64,000 bases of DNA, taken from an uncultured delta proteobacterium (lineage in GTDB: Bacteria; Desulfobacterota; Desulfobacteria; Desulfobacterales; JAHEIW01). Under the pieces are notes generated by a model, which had not been told where the DNA came from, did not search any database, and saw only the letters and a program-made list of their open reading frames with translations. The position numbers and the translations under genes are program-made. The stretch lies in assembly GCA_963706575.1 (NCBI GenBank), contig CAVPNL010000013.1, positions 32,001 to 96,000 on the forward strand. The letters run 5' to 3'. Below are positions 50,601-61,568 of the stretch, piece by piece; the first letter of the stretch is position 1, and the number at the start of each line of letters is the position of its first letter.

Positions 50601-50608
50601 CGCAACAT

Positions 50609-51796
50609 TTAAACCACGCCCGTCTGCTTTCCCACTTTTGTAAATGCCGTTATTGCCATATCGAGCTCTGCCGTAGTGAGGGCGGCTGAAATCTGAACCC
50701 GGATTCGGGCCTTGCCTTGGGGCACCACCGGATAGGAAAATGCAATCACATAAACACCTTCGGCCAGCATCGCTTCCGCCATCCGCACGGCCACTTTGGC
50801 ATCACCCAGCATAATCGGCACAATCGGATGATCTCCCGGATTGATCTTAAAACCAGCTTTGGTCATGCCATCTCGGAAATGGGCTGTGTTGCGCGCCAAT
50901 CGGTCCCGCAATTCGGTTGAGGCACTGAGGGTTTCAAGCACTTTGAAAACAGCGGCGGCAATGCCCGGAGCCAGTGTATTGGAAAAGAGGTAGGGACGCG
51001 AGCGCTGCCGCAGGATATCGACAATTTCCCGTCGCCCGCTGGTAAACCCGCCGGATGCGCCGCCCAGCGCTTTGCCGAAAGTGGAGGTAACAATATCCAC
51101 CCGGTCCATGACGCCGTGGTATTCGGGGGTGCCACGGCCGGTTTTTCCGATAAAGCCGGTCGAGTGCGAATCGTCTACCATCACCAGCGCCTCGTAGCGG
51201 TCTGCCAGGTCGCAGATGCCTTTCAAATCCGCCATGATGCCATCCATCGAAAAGGATCCATCGGTGGCAATCAATCGGAACCGGGCATCCTGCGCCTCTT
51301 TCAGCTTGGCCGCCAGATCCTTCATATCATTGTTTTTGTAACGAAACCGCCTGGCCTTGCAAAGGCGAATACCGTCGATGATGCTGGCATGATTGAGCTC
51401 ATCAGAGATGACGGCATCCTCAGAGCCCAAAAGGGTTTCAAAAAGGCCGGCATTGGCATCAAAGCAGGAAGAATAAAGAATCGTGTCCTCGGTACCGAGA
51501 AACTCGGACACCTTTTGTTCAAGCTGTTTGTGCAGTTGCTGGGTGCCGCAAATAAAGCGCACCGAAGAAAGACCATAACCCCATTGCTCCAGGCCCGCTT
51601 TGGACGCCTCCACCAGTTCCTGGGTGCCGGCCAGGCCCAGATAATTATTGGCGCAAAGATTGATCACCTGGCGGCCATCGGCCAGCTGAACCCTGGCCCC
51701 CTGACGTCCGGCAATGACACGCTCGTCTTTAAAAAGGCCACTGTCGCGAATCTGCTCTATCTCTTTGATCAGATGATCTTTTATCTTACCGTACAT
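50609..51796 (-). CDS. kbl: 2-amino-3-ketobutyrate CoA ligase (glycine C-acetyltransferase)
   Basis: [53 protein letters not shown]. Confidence 0.97.
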   Translation of the reverse strand: MYGKIKDHLIKEIEQIRDSGLFKDERVIAGRQGARVQLADGRQVINLCANNYLGLAGTQELVEASKAGLEQWGYGLSSVRFICGTQQLHKQLEQKVSEFLGTEDTILYSSCFDANAGLFETLLGSEDAVISDELNHASIIDGIRLCKARRFRYKNNDMKDLAAKLKEAQDARFRLIATDGSFSMDGIMADLKGICDLADRYEALVMVDDSHSTGFIGKTGRGTPEYHGVMDRVDIVTSTFGKALGGASGGFTSGRREIVDILRQRSRPYLFSNTLAPGIAAAVFKVLETLSASTELRDRLARNTAHFRDGMTKAGFKINPGDHPIVPIMLGDAKVAVRMAEAMLAEGVYVIAFSYPVVPQGKARIRVQISAALTTAELDMAITAFTKVGKQTGVV

Positions 51797-51869
51797 GTTT
51801 TCTCCTCTTCAACGCTCTAGCAAAACAAAAAGTTTATCATTTCAGATTACACTTAAGGGCTAATTGAGC

Positions 51870-52027
51870 GAGTGCCTAAAATGCCTAAATTGAACTAAAG
51901 TGACTAAAGTTGAAAAATTCTGTCCATTTAATATTATTGCTCACGCAAAGCCGCTAAGCCGCAAAGAAAGATAATTTAAATTTTAAAAAATCTTGGAATC
52001 TTTGCGTCTTTGCGCCTTTGCGTGAGG
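51870..52027. repeat. Intergenic periodic repeats and inverted repeat between tdh and kbl
   Basis: GTGCCTAAAATGCCTAAATTGAACTAAAGTGACTAAAGT; CTCACGCAAAGCCGCTAAGCCGCAAAG ... CTTTGCGTCTTTGCGCCTTTGCGTGAG. Confidence 0.75.
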
Positions 52028-52050
52028 CTTAAATCTCTCGCTCGTTTTTG

Positions 52051-53094
52051 TCAATCTTCAGTCCAATTAAGAATGACCTTGCCCGATTTACCGGATCGCA
52101 TGATCTTAAAGGCTTTTTCATAGTCGGTATAATTAAACCGGTGGGTAATGACCGGGCTGATATCCAGACCGGTCTGGATCATGGCGGTCATTTTATACCA
52201 GGTTTCATACATTTCACGGCCGTAGATCCCTTTAAGGGTGAGACCGTTAAAAATGACCAGATCCCAGTCAATGACCGTATCCGCAGGCAAGATCCCCAGC
52301 ATGGCGATTTTGGCCCCATGACACATGTTGGTCAGCATCGAGCGCAGCGCATCCGGATTGCCCGACATCTCCAGACCCACGTCAAAGCCCTCCTTCATGC
52401 CCAGCTTTTTCTGGGCATCTTCAATCTTTTGCGTGCGTATGTCCAGCGTCAGGGTGGCGCCCATTTTTTTTGCGAGCTTTAAGCGATAGGGGATCACATC
52501 GGTGACCACCACATAACGGGCACCGGCATGTTTGGCAATCGCGGTGGCCATACAGCCAATGGGCCCGGCACCGGTGATAAGCACATCTTCGCCGAGCACA
52601 TCAAACGAAACCGCAGTGTGGGTGGCGTTGCCCAGCGGGTCAAAACAGGTGATCATATCCAGCGGGATATGGGGATCGCAATACCAGATGTTGGTGACCG
52701 GGAGGCTTAAATACTCGGCAAAAGCGCCAGGTCGGTTAACCCCCACACCGCTGGTGCGCATGCACAGGTGGCGTCGGCCGGCCAGACAGTTTCGGCAGCG
52801 GCCGCAAACCACGTGGCCTTCACCGGAAACCAGGTCGCCAGGCTTAAAATCATGGACATTGTCACCGATCTCGGCCACCCGCCCCACAAACTCATGGCCC
52901 ACCGGCATCGGCACCGGAATGGTTTTTCGAGCCCACTCGTTCCAGTTATAAATGTGCACATCCGTTCCGCAGATCGCGGTTTTGCGGATCTTTACAAGCA
53001 CATCGTTGATACCGATCTCCGGAACGGGCACTTCTTCCAACCAGAGCCCCGGTTCAGGCTTGGCCTTCACCAATGCTTTCATTTTAGCGGTCAT
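52051..53094 (-). CDS. tdh: L-threonine 3-dehydrogenase
   Basis: [51 protein letters not shown]. Confidence 0.97.
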   Translation of the reverse strand: MTAKMKALVKAKPEPGLWLEEVPVPEIGINDVLVKIRKTAICGTDVHIYNWNEWARKTIPVPMPVGHEFVGRVAEIGDNVHDFKPGDLVSGEGHVVCGRCRNCLAGRRHLCMRTSGVGVNRPGAFAEYLSLPVTNIWYCDPHIPLDMITCFDPLGNATHTAVSFDVLGEDVLITGAGPIGCMATAIAKHAGARYVVVTDVIPYRLKLAKKMGATLTLDIRTQKIEDAQKKLGMKEGFDVGLEMSGNPDALRSMLTNMCHGAKIAMLGILPADTVIDWDLVIFNGLTLKGIYGREMYETWYKMTAMIQTGLDISPVITHRFNYTDYEKAFKIMRSGKSGKVILNWTED

Positions 53095-53406
53095 GCAAAC
53101 CTCCGGGCTTTTGTGTCTGAGTGTAGCAACCGACGTTGCCGCTGCCGGTTGAATCCTTCAGCGGGTACGAAACGCCATTTCACAACCTTATTTCATACCA
53201 TCTTCTGTGATGGGTCACAAATCAAATCTATTGATGATTTATTCATAATATATTAAAGATCAAACAATTTCCGATAGGAATGGTTTAAAGCCATGCGTTT
53301 CAGATTAGGCGCCACTTCAAGGCCAATCGCACAAAAAGGATTGGTTATTATTGATGATGCGAATTGAAACGCGGGCCACTGGATACGTAAATAATAAGGA
53401 GGTGTA

Positions 53407-54045
53407 ATGATGTCATTTAAGGCGCTTTGCCAGGCTGTAGAATCCGGCAACACTGCTGATGCTGAAGGTCTGACACGCAAATTTCTGGACGAGGGCAAAG
53501 ATCCTCTGGAAATGATTGCAGCACTCACAGAGACAATGAATAAGCTTGGCGAGCTGTTCGAGCGTCTGGAAATATTTCTTCCCCAATTGATACTGGCAGG
53601 GGAGGCCTTAACAGCTTCAGTCGAAATTCTGCGCCCCAAGATAATGGCGGCAGGGGAACAGGGAGCCCCCAAGGGCAGGGTTGTCATCGGTGTTGTCAAG
53701 GGTGATCTACATGCAATCGGAAAGAATATCGTGAAGTTGATGCTCGATACCAACGGATTCGAGGTAAAGGACCTGGGATACGATGTGGATTCACTCACCT
53801 TTATCAAAGAGGCCGAGGCCATGGGAGCAGATATCATCGGAGCGTCATCTCTGATGACCACCACCATGCCGGGGCAGAAGGAAATCATAGAACTCTTGAA
53901 AGAGAAGGGACTCAGAGACCGATACAAAGTGGTAATCGGTGGGGCGCCCACAGGTCAGGAGTGGGCGGACCAAATCGGCGCAGACTTGTGGTGCGAGGAT
54001 GCCACCTCAGCGCCCAAGAAGATGGCCGAGCTTTTGGGCAAGTAA
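53407..54045 (+). CDS. Methyltransferase cognate corrinoid protein (MtmC/MttC-like)
   Basis: B12 cap (GELFE..EIFLPQL) and B12-binding GDLHAIGKNIV (DxHxxG), SSLMTTT, IGGAP; RBS AAGGAGGT. Confidence 0.95.
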   Translation: MMSFKALCQAVESGNTADAEGLTRKFLDEGKDPLEMIAALTETMNKLGELFERLEIFLPQLILAGEALTASVEILRPKIMAAGEQGAPKGRVVIGVVKGDLHAIGKNIVKLMLDTNGFEVKDLGYDVDSLTFIKEAEAMGADIIGASSLMTTTMPGQKEIIELLKEKGLRDRYKVVIGGAPTGQEWADQIGADLWCEDATSAPKKMAELLGK

Positions 54046-54048
54046 GGC

Positions 54049-54120
54049 GGGTTCAAAGGTTCAGGGTTCAGCGTTCAAGGTTGTTTTAACCCAGAACCCT
54101 GAACCTCTGAACCCTGAACT
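54049..54120. repeat. Inverted heptamer arrays (GGTTCAG / CTGAACC)
   Basis: GGTTCAAAGGTTCAGGGTTCAGCGTTCAAGGTT ... AGAACCCTGAACCTCTGAACCCTGAAC. Confidence 0.8.
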
Positions 54121-54198
54121 CTTAGGCTTTTCATATTGGAATTTAGTATATCGACGAATACAGAAGACACGATTGAAAAAAAATAAGGAGAATCCACC

Positions 54199-55581
54199 AT
54201 GTCTACTCCCTATCGTCTCTGGGAAATTTTGCAGCGGTCCTATACAGGCCCACATTGCGAAGAAGATGATTTTTTGCCAAAAATATTTACACCCAAGCTG
54301 CAGGAAGTCATAAAAAAATATGAGATAACCTATGATCCAAAAACCCCGGTGCCGGCTGACGACGATCTGGCGGACAGGGTGTGGCAGGCCGGCTGGGAAT
54401 TGTTCCGCGAGGTGGGCCTCTACAACACGAACACCCACCGGATCATTAAAGTCTCCGACGATGAAATCAAAGAAGCGCTCTATATGACGACAGGGGCATA
54501 CTGGGTCGGCGCCGGAAAGGACGCTGTGTTATGGAAATACCGCCAGGTGGAGGATCGCGAGCCGCCATTTTGCATCTTCAGCCCCGACATAACCTGTGAT
54601 GAAAATCTGCACCACTCCATGTGCCTCGCTTATCTTAAAGAGCCGCTTCTGGATGGCTTTTGTGCCCCAATCCTGGAGGACTCTATCGGCCAGCTTATCT
54701 CATCGGGCTCACCGACTGAAATAAACGGGTGCACCCAGCACATATACAACCTTCGTCTGGCGGCAAAGCAAGTCGGCCGGCCCGGTGTTTTTTTGGTTGC
54801 TGTCGGGACCGCCGAGCACGACACCGGTCAGATTGCCGTGTCTGACAACGAGTGGGGGGTGCGAACCACCGATTCCCGGCTCGTCGGAACGCTAACCGAG
54901 TTTAAAACGGCGGACACCCTGCTCAACCGGGTAACCCACTACGCGCAATACGGGTGTTATACCGGCAACCTTACAGGCCCTATCTACGGGGGCTGGTGTA
55001 TGGGTTCGGAGGGGGTTGCCGTTACGCTGGTGGCCTACAGTCTCAGCGGTCTGTGCATCCATGGTGCGGTCTATAACCAGCATTTTCCCTTTCACCTGCA
55101 TTGGGGCTCCAATACAACCAGAGAGCTTCTTTGGCCGATCAGTGTGGCCGGTCAGGCCATGGCGCGCAACAGCAAGCTCCTGCATACCTCCAACGGATTC
55201 TCAAACGCAGGCCCCATGACGGAAATGGTCTTATACGAAACCGCATGTCATGCCCTTGTCAGCACGGTATCGGGATGGCACCTGTGGGAAATGGCCTCGG
55301 CTCGCAATAAATATAGAAATCGGGCAACCCCGATGGAGGCCCGCATCGGTATGGAAGTCGGCCATGCCGTTGCAGGTCAGGGAATGACAAGAGAGCAGGC
55401 CAACGAGCTGGCTCTGAGGCTGTTGTCAAAATATGAAGAAAACGCAGCCGATGCCCCTATGGGCAAAGAATACCCGGAATGCTACGACGTGGCCACGGCA
55501 CTGCCGACCACCGAGCACTTTGATATGTACCGCCGCATCAAGGATGAGCTGGCTGAAATGGGTATCGAATTCCCATACTAA
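54199..55581 (+). CDS. mtmB: Monomethylamine:corrinoid methyltransferase (MtmB) family protein without pyrrolysine
   Basis: 460 aa uninterrupted; P.DDDLADRV, GSPTE, GRPG, PIYGG, H.HWGS.TTRE, AGPMTEM, PMEAR, YE..APMGK.Y.ECYDV match the MtmB pattern as I recall it. Confidence 0.88.
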   Translation: MSTPYRLWEILQRSYTGPHCEEDDFLPKIFTPKLQEVIKKYEITYDPKTPVPADDDLADRVWQAGWELFREVGLYNTNTHRIIKVSDDEIKEALYMTTGAYWVGAGKDAVLWKYRQVEDREPPFCIFSPDITCDENLHHSMCLAYLKEPLLDGFCAPILEDSIGQLISSGSPTEINGCTQHIYNLRLAAKQVGRPGVFLVAVGTAEHDTGQIAVSDNEWGVRTTDSRLVGTLTEFKTADTLLNRVTHYAQYGCYTGNLTGPIYGGWCMGSEGVAVTLVAYSLSGLCIHGAVYNQHFPFHLHWGSNTTRELLWPISVAGQAMARNSKLLHTSNGFSNAGPMTEMVLYETACHALVSTVSGWHLWEMASARNKYRNRATPMEARIGMEVGHAVAGQGMTREQANELALRLLSKYEENAADAPMGKEYPECYDVATALPTTEHFDMYRRIKDELAEMGIEFPY

Positions 55582-55641
55582 GGTATGGGCGGTTGATATG
55601 AAAAAGCGAAAATTTCCTTTCCAATAAATCAATTGTCCGAT

Positions 55642-56463
55642 ATGTCTACTGGAATGTCCCAATCATACCAAGAACTCCGGTTAAAACTGAAGCGTTCCCC
55701 GGTGATGGATGTCACCAAATTCCTGATGGTTGTGGCGGTAATCATCTGGGTTATGGCTCGCGGGACGCAGCAACTCGGTTATAACTGGCAATGGTACCAG
55801 ATTCCCAAATATATCTTTCAGTTACAGGACGGCGAATTTTCTTTTGGACCCCTTCTGTTCGGGTTGTCCGTGACGTTTCGGATTACCGCCTGGGGTCTTG
55901 TATTGTCTATGACCATCGGATTGGTGACCGCCCTTTTACGGCTATCCAACTCTTTCTTGGCCAGGATCGTTGCCAGAGGATATCTGGAACTCATCCGAAA
56001 CACACCGCTTCTGGTCCAAATCTTTTTCCTTTACTTTGTCCTGGCCCCCATCTTCGGCTTCAGCCGTTTTTTTGCAGGCGTCCTCGCGCTGAGTCTTTTC
56101 GAAGGTGCCTATGTCTCGGAAATTTTTCGCGCGGGCATCGTGTCCATTCACAAAGGCCAGTGGGAAGCAGCCCACAGCCTGGGGCTGAGCATATTTGACA
56201 CCTACCGCTGCATCATTCTGCCACAGGCGATCCGTCGTATTCTTCCTCCCCTTACCAGCCAGGCTATATCACTGATCAAAGACTCGGCCCTTGTCAGCAC
56301 AATTGCTATTTATGATTTGACCATGGAAGGCAGAGCAGTTATCGCCGAAACATTTCTGACATTTGAGATCTGGTTCACGGTTGCTTTCATGTACCTCATT
56401 ATTACGATAACGCTATCTATTGCTGTCAATACCCTGGAAAATCGATTTCGCATTCAGACCTGA
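55642..56463 (+). CDS. Polar amino acid ABC transporter permease
   Basis: YLELIRNTPLLVQ, SEIFRAGI, GQWEAA.SLG, LIKDSAL; start uncertain. Confidence 0.93.
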   Translation: MSTGMSQSYQELRLKLKRSPVMDVTKFLMVVAVIIWVMARGTQQLGYNWQWYQIPKYIFQLQDGEFSFGPLLFGLSVTFRITAWGLVLSMTIGLVTALLRLSNSFLARIVARGYLELIRNTPLLVQIFFLYFVLAPIFGFSRFFAGVLALSLFEGAYVSEIFRAGIVSIHKGQWEAAHSLGLSIFDTYRCIILPQAIRRILPPLTSQAISLIKDSALVSTIAIYDLTMEGRAVIAETFLTFEIWFTVAFMYLIITITLSIAVNTLENRFRIQT

Positions 56464-56484
56464 GGCGACCAGGAGGAGCTGTCT

Positions 56485-57237
56485 GTGATAGAAAAGAAAC
56501 TGGGTGATTATATTGTGACGGTGGATAAGATCGGCAAAACATTTCCCAACGGTGTTTGTGCCTTGCGTGATTTTTCCACCCGAATCCGCCGCAGTGAGGT
56601 GGTGGTCATCATCGGCCCATCCGGTTCGGGGAAATCCACCTTTCTGCGTTGCCTCAACGGATTGGAAGAGATCGATAACGGTTCCATCGTTATTGACAGG
56701 ATGCCGCTCGACGAAAATAAAAAAAATAGACTGGAGATCCGCAAGGAAGTCGGCATGGTTTTCCAGTCGTTCAATCTGTTCCCCCATAAAACCGTGCTCG
56801 GAAACATAACACTGGCTCCCGGGCTGGTCCGTAAAAAAAGCAAGGATGAGGCCAGAAAAATGGCGATGGACCTCCTGATGAAAGTTAATATTTCGGAAAA
56901 AGCGGACAGTTACCCTTCTCAGCTGAGCGGGGGCCAGCAGCAGCGGGTAGCGATCGCCAGAGCACTGGCAATGCGCCCGAAAGTCATGATGTTCGATGAA
57001 GCCACTTCCGCCCTGGATCCTGAAATGATTGGCGAGGTTTTGGACGTTATGAAAAACCTTGCCAGAGAAGGAATGACCATGATCGTAGTCACCCATGAAA
57101 TGGGCTTTGCCCGTGAGGTCAGCGACCGGGTGATCTTTATGGAAGACGGTTGCATTGTCGAAGAAGGAACGGCAGAGCATTTTTTCTCAAACCCGCAGAA
57201 AGAGCGGACCAAGCTTTTTCTCAGTCAAATTTTATAG
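56485..57237 (+). CDS. Polar amino acid ABC transporter ATP-binding protein (GlnQ-like)
   Basis: [42 protein letters not shown]. Confidence 0.96.
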   Translation: MIEKKLGDYIVTVDKIGKTFPNGVCALRDFSTRIRRSEVVVIIGPSGSGKSTFLRCLNGLEEIDNGSIVIDRMPLDENKKNRLEIRKEVGMVFQSFNLFPHKTVLGNITLAPGLVRKKSKDEARKMAMDLLMKVNISEKADSYPSQLSGGQQQRVAIARALAMRPKVMMFDEATSALDPEMIGEVLDVMKNLAREGMTMIVVTHEMGFAREVSDRVIFMEDGCIVEEGTAEHFFSNPQKERTKLFLSQIL

Positions 57238-57325
57238 ATGTATTTGTATTTATGCATCCAAATAGCGAATAACCAATAACTATTAACTAACAACAAATAG
57301 CATTGAATTATTAAAGGAGGGAAAG

Positions 57326-58153
57326 ATGAAAAAACAATTCTTCGTTTCAGTCATTGTGCTTGTTGGTGTTCTCGTTTTCAGCCTGGCTGCCAGCACGTCT
57401 GCCGGAGAGATCCAGAGAAAGCTGACGACAGAAAGCGCCATCGAACAAATCGCCAAACGCGGTGTCATCAAGGTGGGTATGGACGTTTTCGTGCCATGGG
57501 CCATGAAAGATAAAAAGGGAGAATTAATCGGCTTTGAGATCGATATGGCCAAAAAACTGGCAGAGGATATGGGCGTCAAAATAGAGTTTATTCCGACGAA
57601 ATGGTCCGGAATTATCCCCGCCCTTATTACCGGCAAGTTTGACGTGCTTATTGGTGGAATGACAATTACGACCCAGCGCAACCTGAAGATCAATTTCACA
57701 AGACCTTATTACTACACCGAGCAGGGGTTAATGGCGCATAAAAAGAAAGCTGCGGGCTTTAAGGTCTCCGACTTCAACAGCCCGGATGTCACCATCGCCG
57801 CCAGATTAGGGTCAACCGCCGCCGTTGCTGCAAAGCAGCAATTTCCAAAAGCAAAACTTCGCCTCTTTGATGACGAACCTGCGGCTGTTCAGGAGCTGCG
57901 CAATGGTAACGTGCACGCCATGGTTTCGGCGCAACCACTGCCGTCAAGCACAGCCCTGGAATACCCCGATACGATCATGGTTTATGACGAAGTTATGATG
58001 CTTGAGGCGATCGGCATTGGCGTTCGCAAGGGCGACAGCGATACCCTCAACCTGGTTAACAACTGGATTGAAATTAACCGAAACAACGGGTGGATTCAGG
58101 GCAAATACGCATACTGGTTCAAATCACAGGACTGGAAGAGTCTGATTGAATAG
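57326..58153 (+). CDS. Polar amino acid ABC transporter substrate-binding protein (family 3)
   Basis: Signal peptide; GFEID.A, W.GIIPAL.TGKFD, GMTIT..R, FTRPY; RBS AAGGAGG. Confidence 0.95.
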   Translation: MKKQFFVSVIVLVGVLVFSLAASTSAGEIQRKLTTESAIEQIAKRGVIKVGMDVFVPWAMKDKKGELIGFEIDMAKKLAEDMGVKIEFIPTKWSGIIPALITGKFDVLIGGMTITTQRNLKINFTRPYYYTEQGLMAHKKKAAGFKVSDFNSPDVTIAARLGSTAAVAAKQQFPKAKLRLFDDEPAAVQELRNGNVHAMVSAQPLPSSTALEYPDTIMVYDEVMMLEAIGIGVRKGDSDTLNLVNNWIEINRNNGWIQGKYAYWFKSQDWKSLIE

Positions 58154-58165
58154 CCTTTCAAAAAT

Positions 58166-58208
58166 CATCGCTGCGTCAGGGCTGGAAACCAGCCCTGACG
58201 CAGCGATG
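58166..58208. terminator. Perfect 20-bp intercistronic hairpin after the binding-protein gene
   Basis: CATCGCTGCGTCAGGGCTGG-aaa-CCAGCCCTGACGCAGCGATG; no U-tract, so possibly an mRNA stabiliser rather than a terminator. Confidence 0.65.
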
Positions 58209-58251
58209 GAAGTTATTCGTTATTTGTCGAAAAGGAACTAAGAGAAATACG

Positions 58252-59136
58252 GTGCTGCAAAAGAAAAGCAAAATTTCAACCCTTGACGTGCTTGTATTGC
58301 TCACCCTTCTCGGGGGGCTCACATATATTATCTATCAGGTCAAGGTCAAGCTCAACTATAACTGGCAATGGGGAATCATCCCCCAGTATCTCTTTCGCTA
58401 CGATGCCGAATCCGGAAAGTGGGTGTCCAACTATCTGATCCATGGGCTCATGACCACCCTGCGGCTGAGCTTCTGGGGCACCCTGCTGGCCACCATCCTC
58501 GGCACGGTGATGGGGCTGCTGCGCGTGAGCAAAAGCCTGTTTCACCGAATGATCGCGCGTTCCTATGTTGAGCTCATGCGCAACCTTCCGCCACTGGTCA
58601 TTATCTTCATTTTCTATTTTTTTATTAGCGACCAGATAATGCCGATTATCGGCATTGACGATTTCCTCAGATCCAGTTCTCCAGGAACACAGCGGCTCTT
58701 TGAGACGCTCTTTTCACCGCCGCAATATGCATCTGCCTTCATTTCCGCTCTTCTCACACTGGCTATTTTCGAGGGCGCCTATATCACAGAGATCGTGCGA
58801 GCAGGAATCGAGTCTGTGGAGAAAGGACAGTGGGAGGCATCCCATGCCCTGGGCCTGTCAAAATATCATAATATGCGCCATATTATTCTACCCCAGGCGA
58901 TGCAACGCCTCCTGCCGGCCCTTGCCGGCCAATTTATCTCTCTGATCAAGGATTCGGCCATTGTTTCCGTGATATCGATCCAGGAGCTATCCTACCAGGG
59001 AACGCAATTAATGGCTTCCACCTATCTGACGATCGAAATCTGGGTTACGATTACCGCCCTTTATCTGGTTATGACCCTGACCTTTTCCCTCGGCGTCGGA
59101 AAACTCGAAGCATATATGGCTCGAAGTCAGGCCTGA
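58252..59136 (+). CDS. Polar amino acid ABC transporter permease
   Basis: YVELMRNLPPLV, TEIVRAGI, GQWEAS.ALG, LIKDSAI. Confidence 0.93.
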   Translation: MLQKKSKISTLDVLVLLTLLGGLTYIIYQVKVKLNYNWQWGIIPQYLFRYDAESGKWVSNYLIHGLMTTLRLSFWGTLLATILGTVMGLLRVSKSLFHRMIARSYVELMRNLPPLVIIFIFYFFISDQIMPIIGIDDFLRSSSPGTQRLFETLFSPPQYASAFISALLTLAIFEGAYITEIVRAGIESVEKGQWEASHALGLSKYHNMRHIILPQAMQRLLPALAGQFISLIKDSAIVSVISIQELSYQGTQLMASTYLTIEIWVTITALYLVMTLTFSLGVGKLEAYMARSQA

Positions 59137-59470
59137 TTCAATTAAAAGGTTCAGGGTTTCGAGTTTAGTTGATTCATTAAATGGCCGAATGGTCAATTAG
59201 TTTATCTTTCGTTAATTCGTCAAATATTTATTTGAGGGATCGGGGAGTTTTACCGTCATGCCCGCGCCAGGCGAGCATCCAGTATTTGCAGCATAAAGGA
59301 AAATCATACACGCCGGTAATACCATCCACATACCTGTGGTTTAGGCGAATTTGTGATATTTTATGATATCAGGCACTCAACCCAAAGTTACAGCCCTTGT
59401 AAAATCTTGAAGATTTGCGTATGACTGATCCAACCCATAACGGATAATAGTCTAAAAAGAGTGCTAATTA

Positions 59471-61523
59471 ATGAAATCCATTCGAATCATTTTATTTTTA
59501 TTGTTTGCCGGTCTTTTGACGGTTGTCCCATTTACCAACGCCGAGGATAAAACACCGGTGACCCAAACAAAGAATAAACAATCCATTGCCATATCCGAGG
59601 CAATGGACGATGTAATGATCCAGGAGGTCACCAAGGTCAAGGAAGAGTTTAGCCAGAAAGTACGCTCGCTTTTCGACCGCCATCCGCTCGGCTGGGATCT
59701 GAATACCATCGCTTACTTATCCCGTCTGGCGCTTTCTTTGCCGGGGAAACTTCCCGTATTTACCCGTATGGTGATCGAGCAAAGCCGGGTGCTGGGCGTG
59801 ATCGGCTCCATCCTTGTTTTGGTGTTTTTTTCCGCTGTCCTGTACAGCCTGCTTGGTCAGCGGCGGGTGATGCGCCGGGTAGAACGGCGCGTCGAACCGC
59901 TGTCCAGGTTCATTCCGGAAGCCACTTATCCGTTCGTTATGTCCGGTATCAAAGTGGTCGTTTCCGCCTTGATCCCACTGTCGCTGCTCGGTGCATTTGT
60001 CCTGATCAACGTCATGATCGACTATTCGGCGGTCTGGTTTCAACTTGTCGGGCGGCTGCTCGGATTCTGGGCGGTCGGTGCCCTTTTGCTGCGGTTGCTG
60101 AAGGAATCCCTGACCCGCGACCTGTTTAAGGTAACCGCACAGCACGGTCGGACCATTTATCGTTGGACACGGCTGGCATTGCTGTACGCGATTTTCGGCG
60201 TGGCCATATACTGGACGGCGGAAGTTTTCAAGATACGAGATGATGTTCTGGCGCTTTTGCGTTTCGCGATATCGGTTTCCGTCTCAGTCGTTCTGTTGAT
60301 CCTGCATCTAAACAAGAAAGCCTTTATATCGTTTTTACCGTAAGCTGTCGATTCGAGGCTATACGCAGTTTCGAAGCTTTCTGGAACGGTATTACTTTCC
60401 GCTGCTGTTTGTGTCGTTTCTGGCTGCTCTGTTATGGTGCGTTGGATATCGCGACTTAGGCCGGCTGGTGTTGATCAAGATCTGGTTCACCGGTGCTGCG
60501 TTTGTTCTAATTATGCTGCTATATAACACCTTGCAGCGCTTTCTGAACAATTGGTTTCAGCGGTTGGACCACACTGATGAAAACGCCCGGATGTTCGTCA
60601 ACACATTGCGGTCAATTCTCAAGTATGCCACCATTGCGGCGACCCTGATCATTGGTCTTAACATGCTCGGGTTATTGAATCCCCTGCAGCGTATCATGTC
60701 CTTTCCGATTTTTCAGCTCGGCGATAAAACTGTCACATTCTGGCTCATTATCATGGCGATACTAAGCCTCCTGGCTATTTTTGCGGTCTCCCGCCTGGCA
60801 CAATCTTACTTTGACTACAAGGTGTATCCCTCTTTCGGCATCGATCCGGGTCTGGGGTATGCACTCAACACGGTATTCAAATTCGTCGCTCTCGGGATCG
60901 GATTTTTAATTGCACTGAATATCCTGGGGATCAACCTTCGCTTTTTCTTGGTCTTTGCCGGCGCCATCGGTATCGGTGTCGGTCTCGGGCTTCAGAATAT
61001 GGCTGCCAATGTGATCAGCGGCTTTAGCATCATTTTCGGCGGGAAAATCCGCAAGGGTGACTGGATCGAGGTCGGGTCCATGCTCGGAGAAGTGACGGAT
61101 ATTTACCTGCGAGCCACCAAAGTGCGAACCCGGGATAATATCGAGTACCTGGTTCCCAATTCCAATATTATTTCCAACACCATGGTGAATTATTCATTGT
61201 CGTCACCGCTGATCCGTATTGAGCTGCCCGTTGGCGTTTCATACAAGGCTGATCCGCGCCAAGTTGAAAATATTCTACTGGCTGCTGCGGAAAACGAGCC
61301 GCTTGTCGAAAAAATCCATATTCCGGCGGTACGCTTTGTCGAATATGCCGACAATTCCATCAATTTCGAATTACTCATCTGGATTAACGTACGCAAAACG
61401 CCGCGACGCAAGGTACGAAGCGACCTTTATTTTGTCATATTCGAAGAGCTTGCCAAAGCCGGAATTGAGATCCCGTTTCCCCAAAGAGACATACATATCC
61501 GCTCAAAAGTGGATCCAGTCTGA
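59471..61523 (+). CDS. MscS/MscK-like mechanosensitive channel, split by a 1-nt insertion at 60341
   Basis: Deleting T60341 gives FLP-KLSIRGYTQFRSFLERYYFPLLFVS into ORF 60411; GVGLGLQN, IRKGDWIE, VPNS, IEIPFPQRD. Confidence 0.88.
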
Positions 61524-61568
61524 GTAGCAACAAATTATTTAACCATATCCCCTGAAATCCATTCTCTG

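Noticed and set aside
60341..60343. Stop-codon readthrough in the second MscS gene
   Set aside because: The downstream part is in another frame; one extra T explains it
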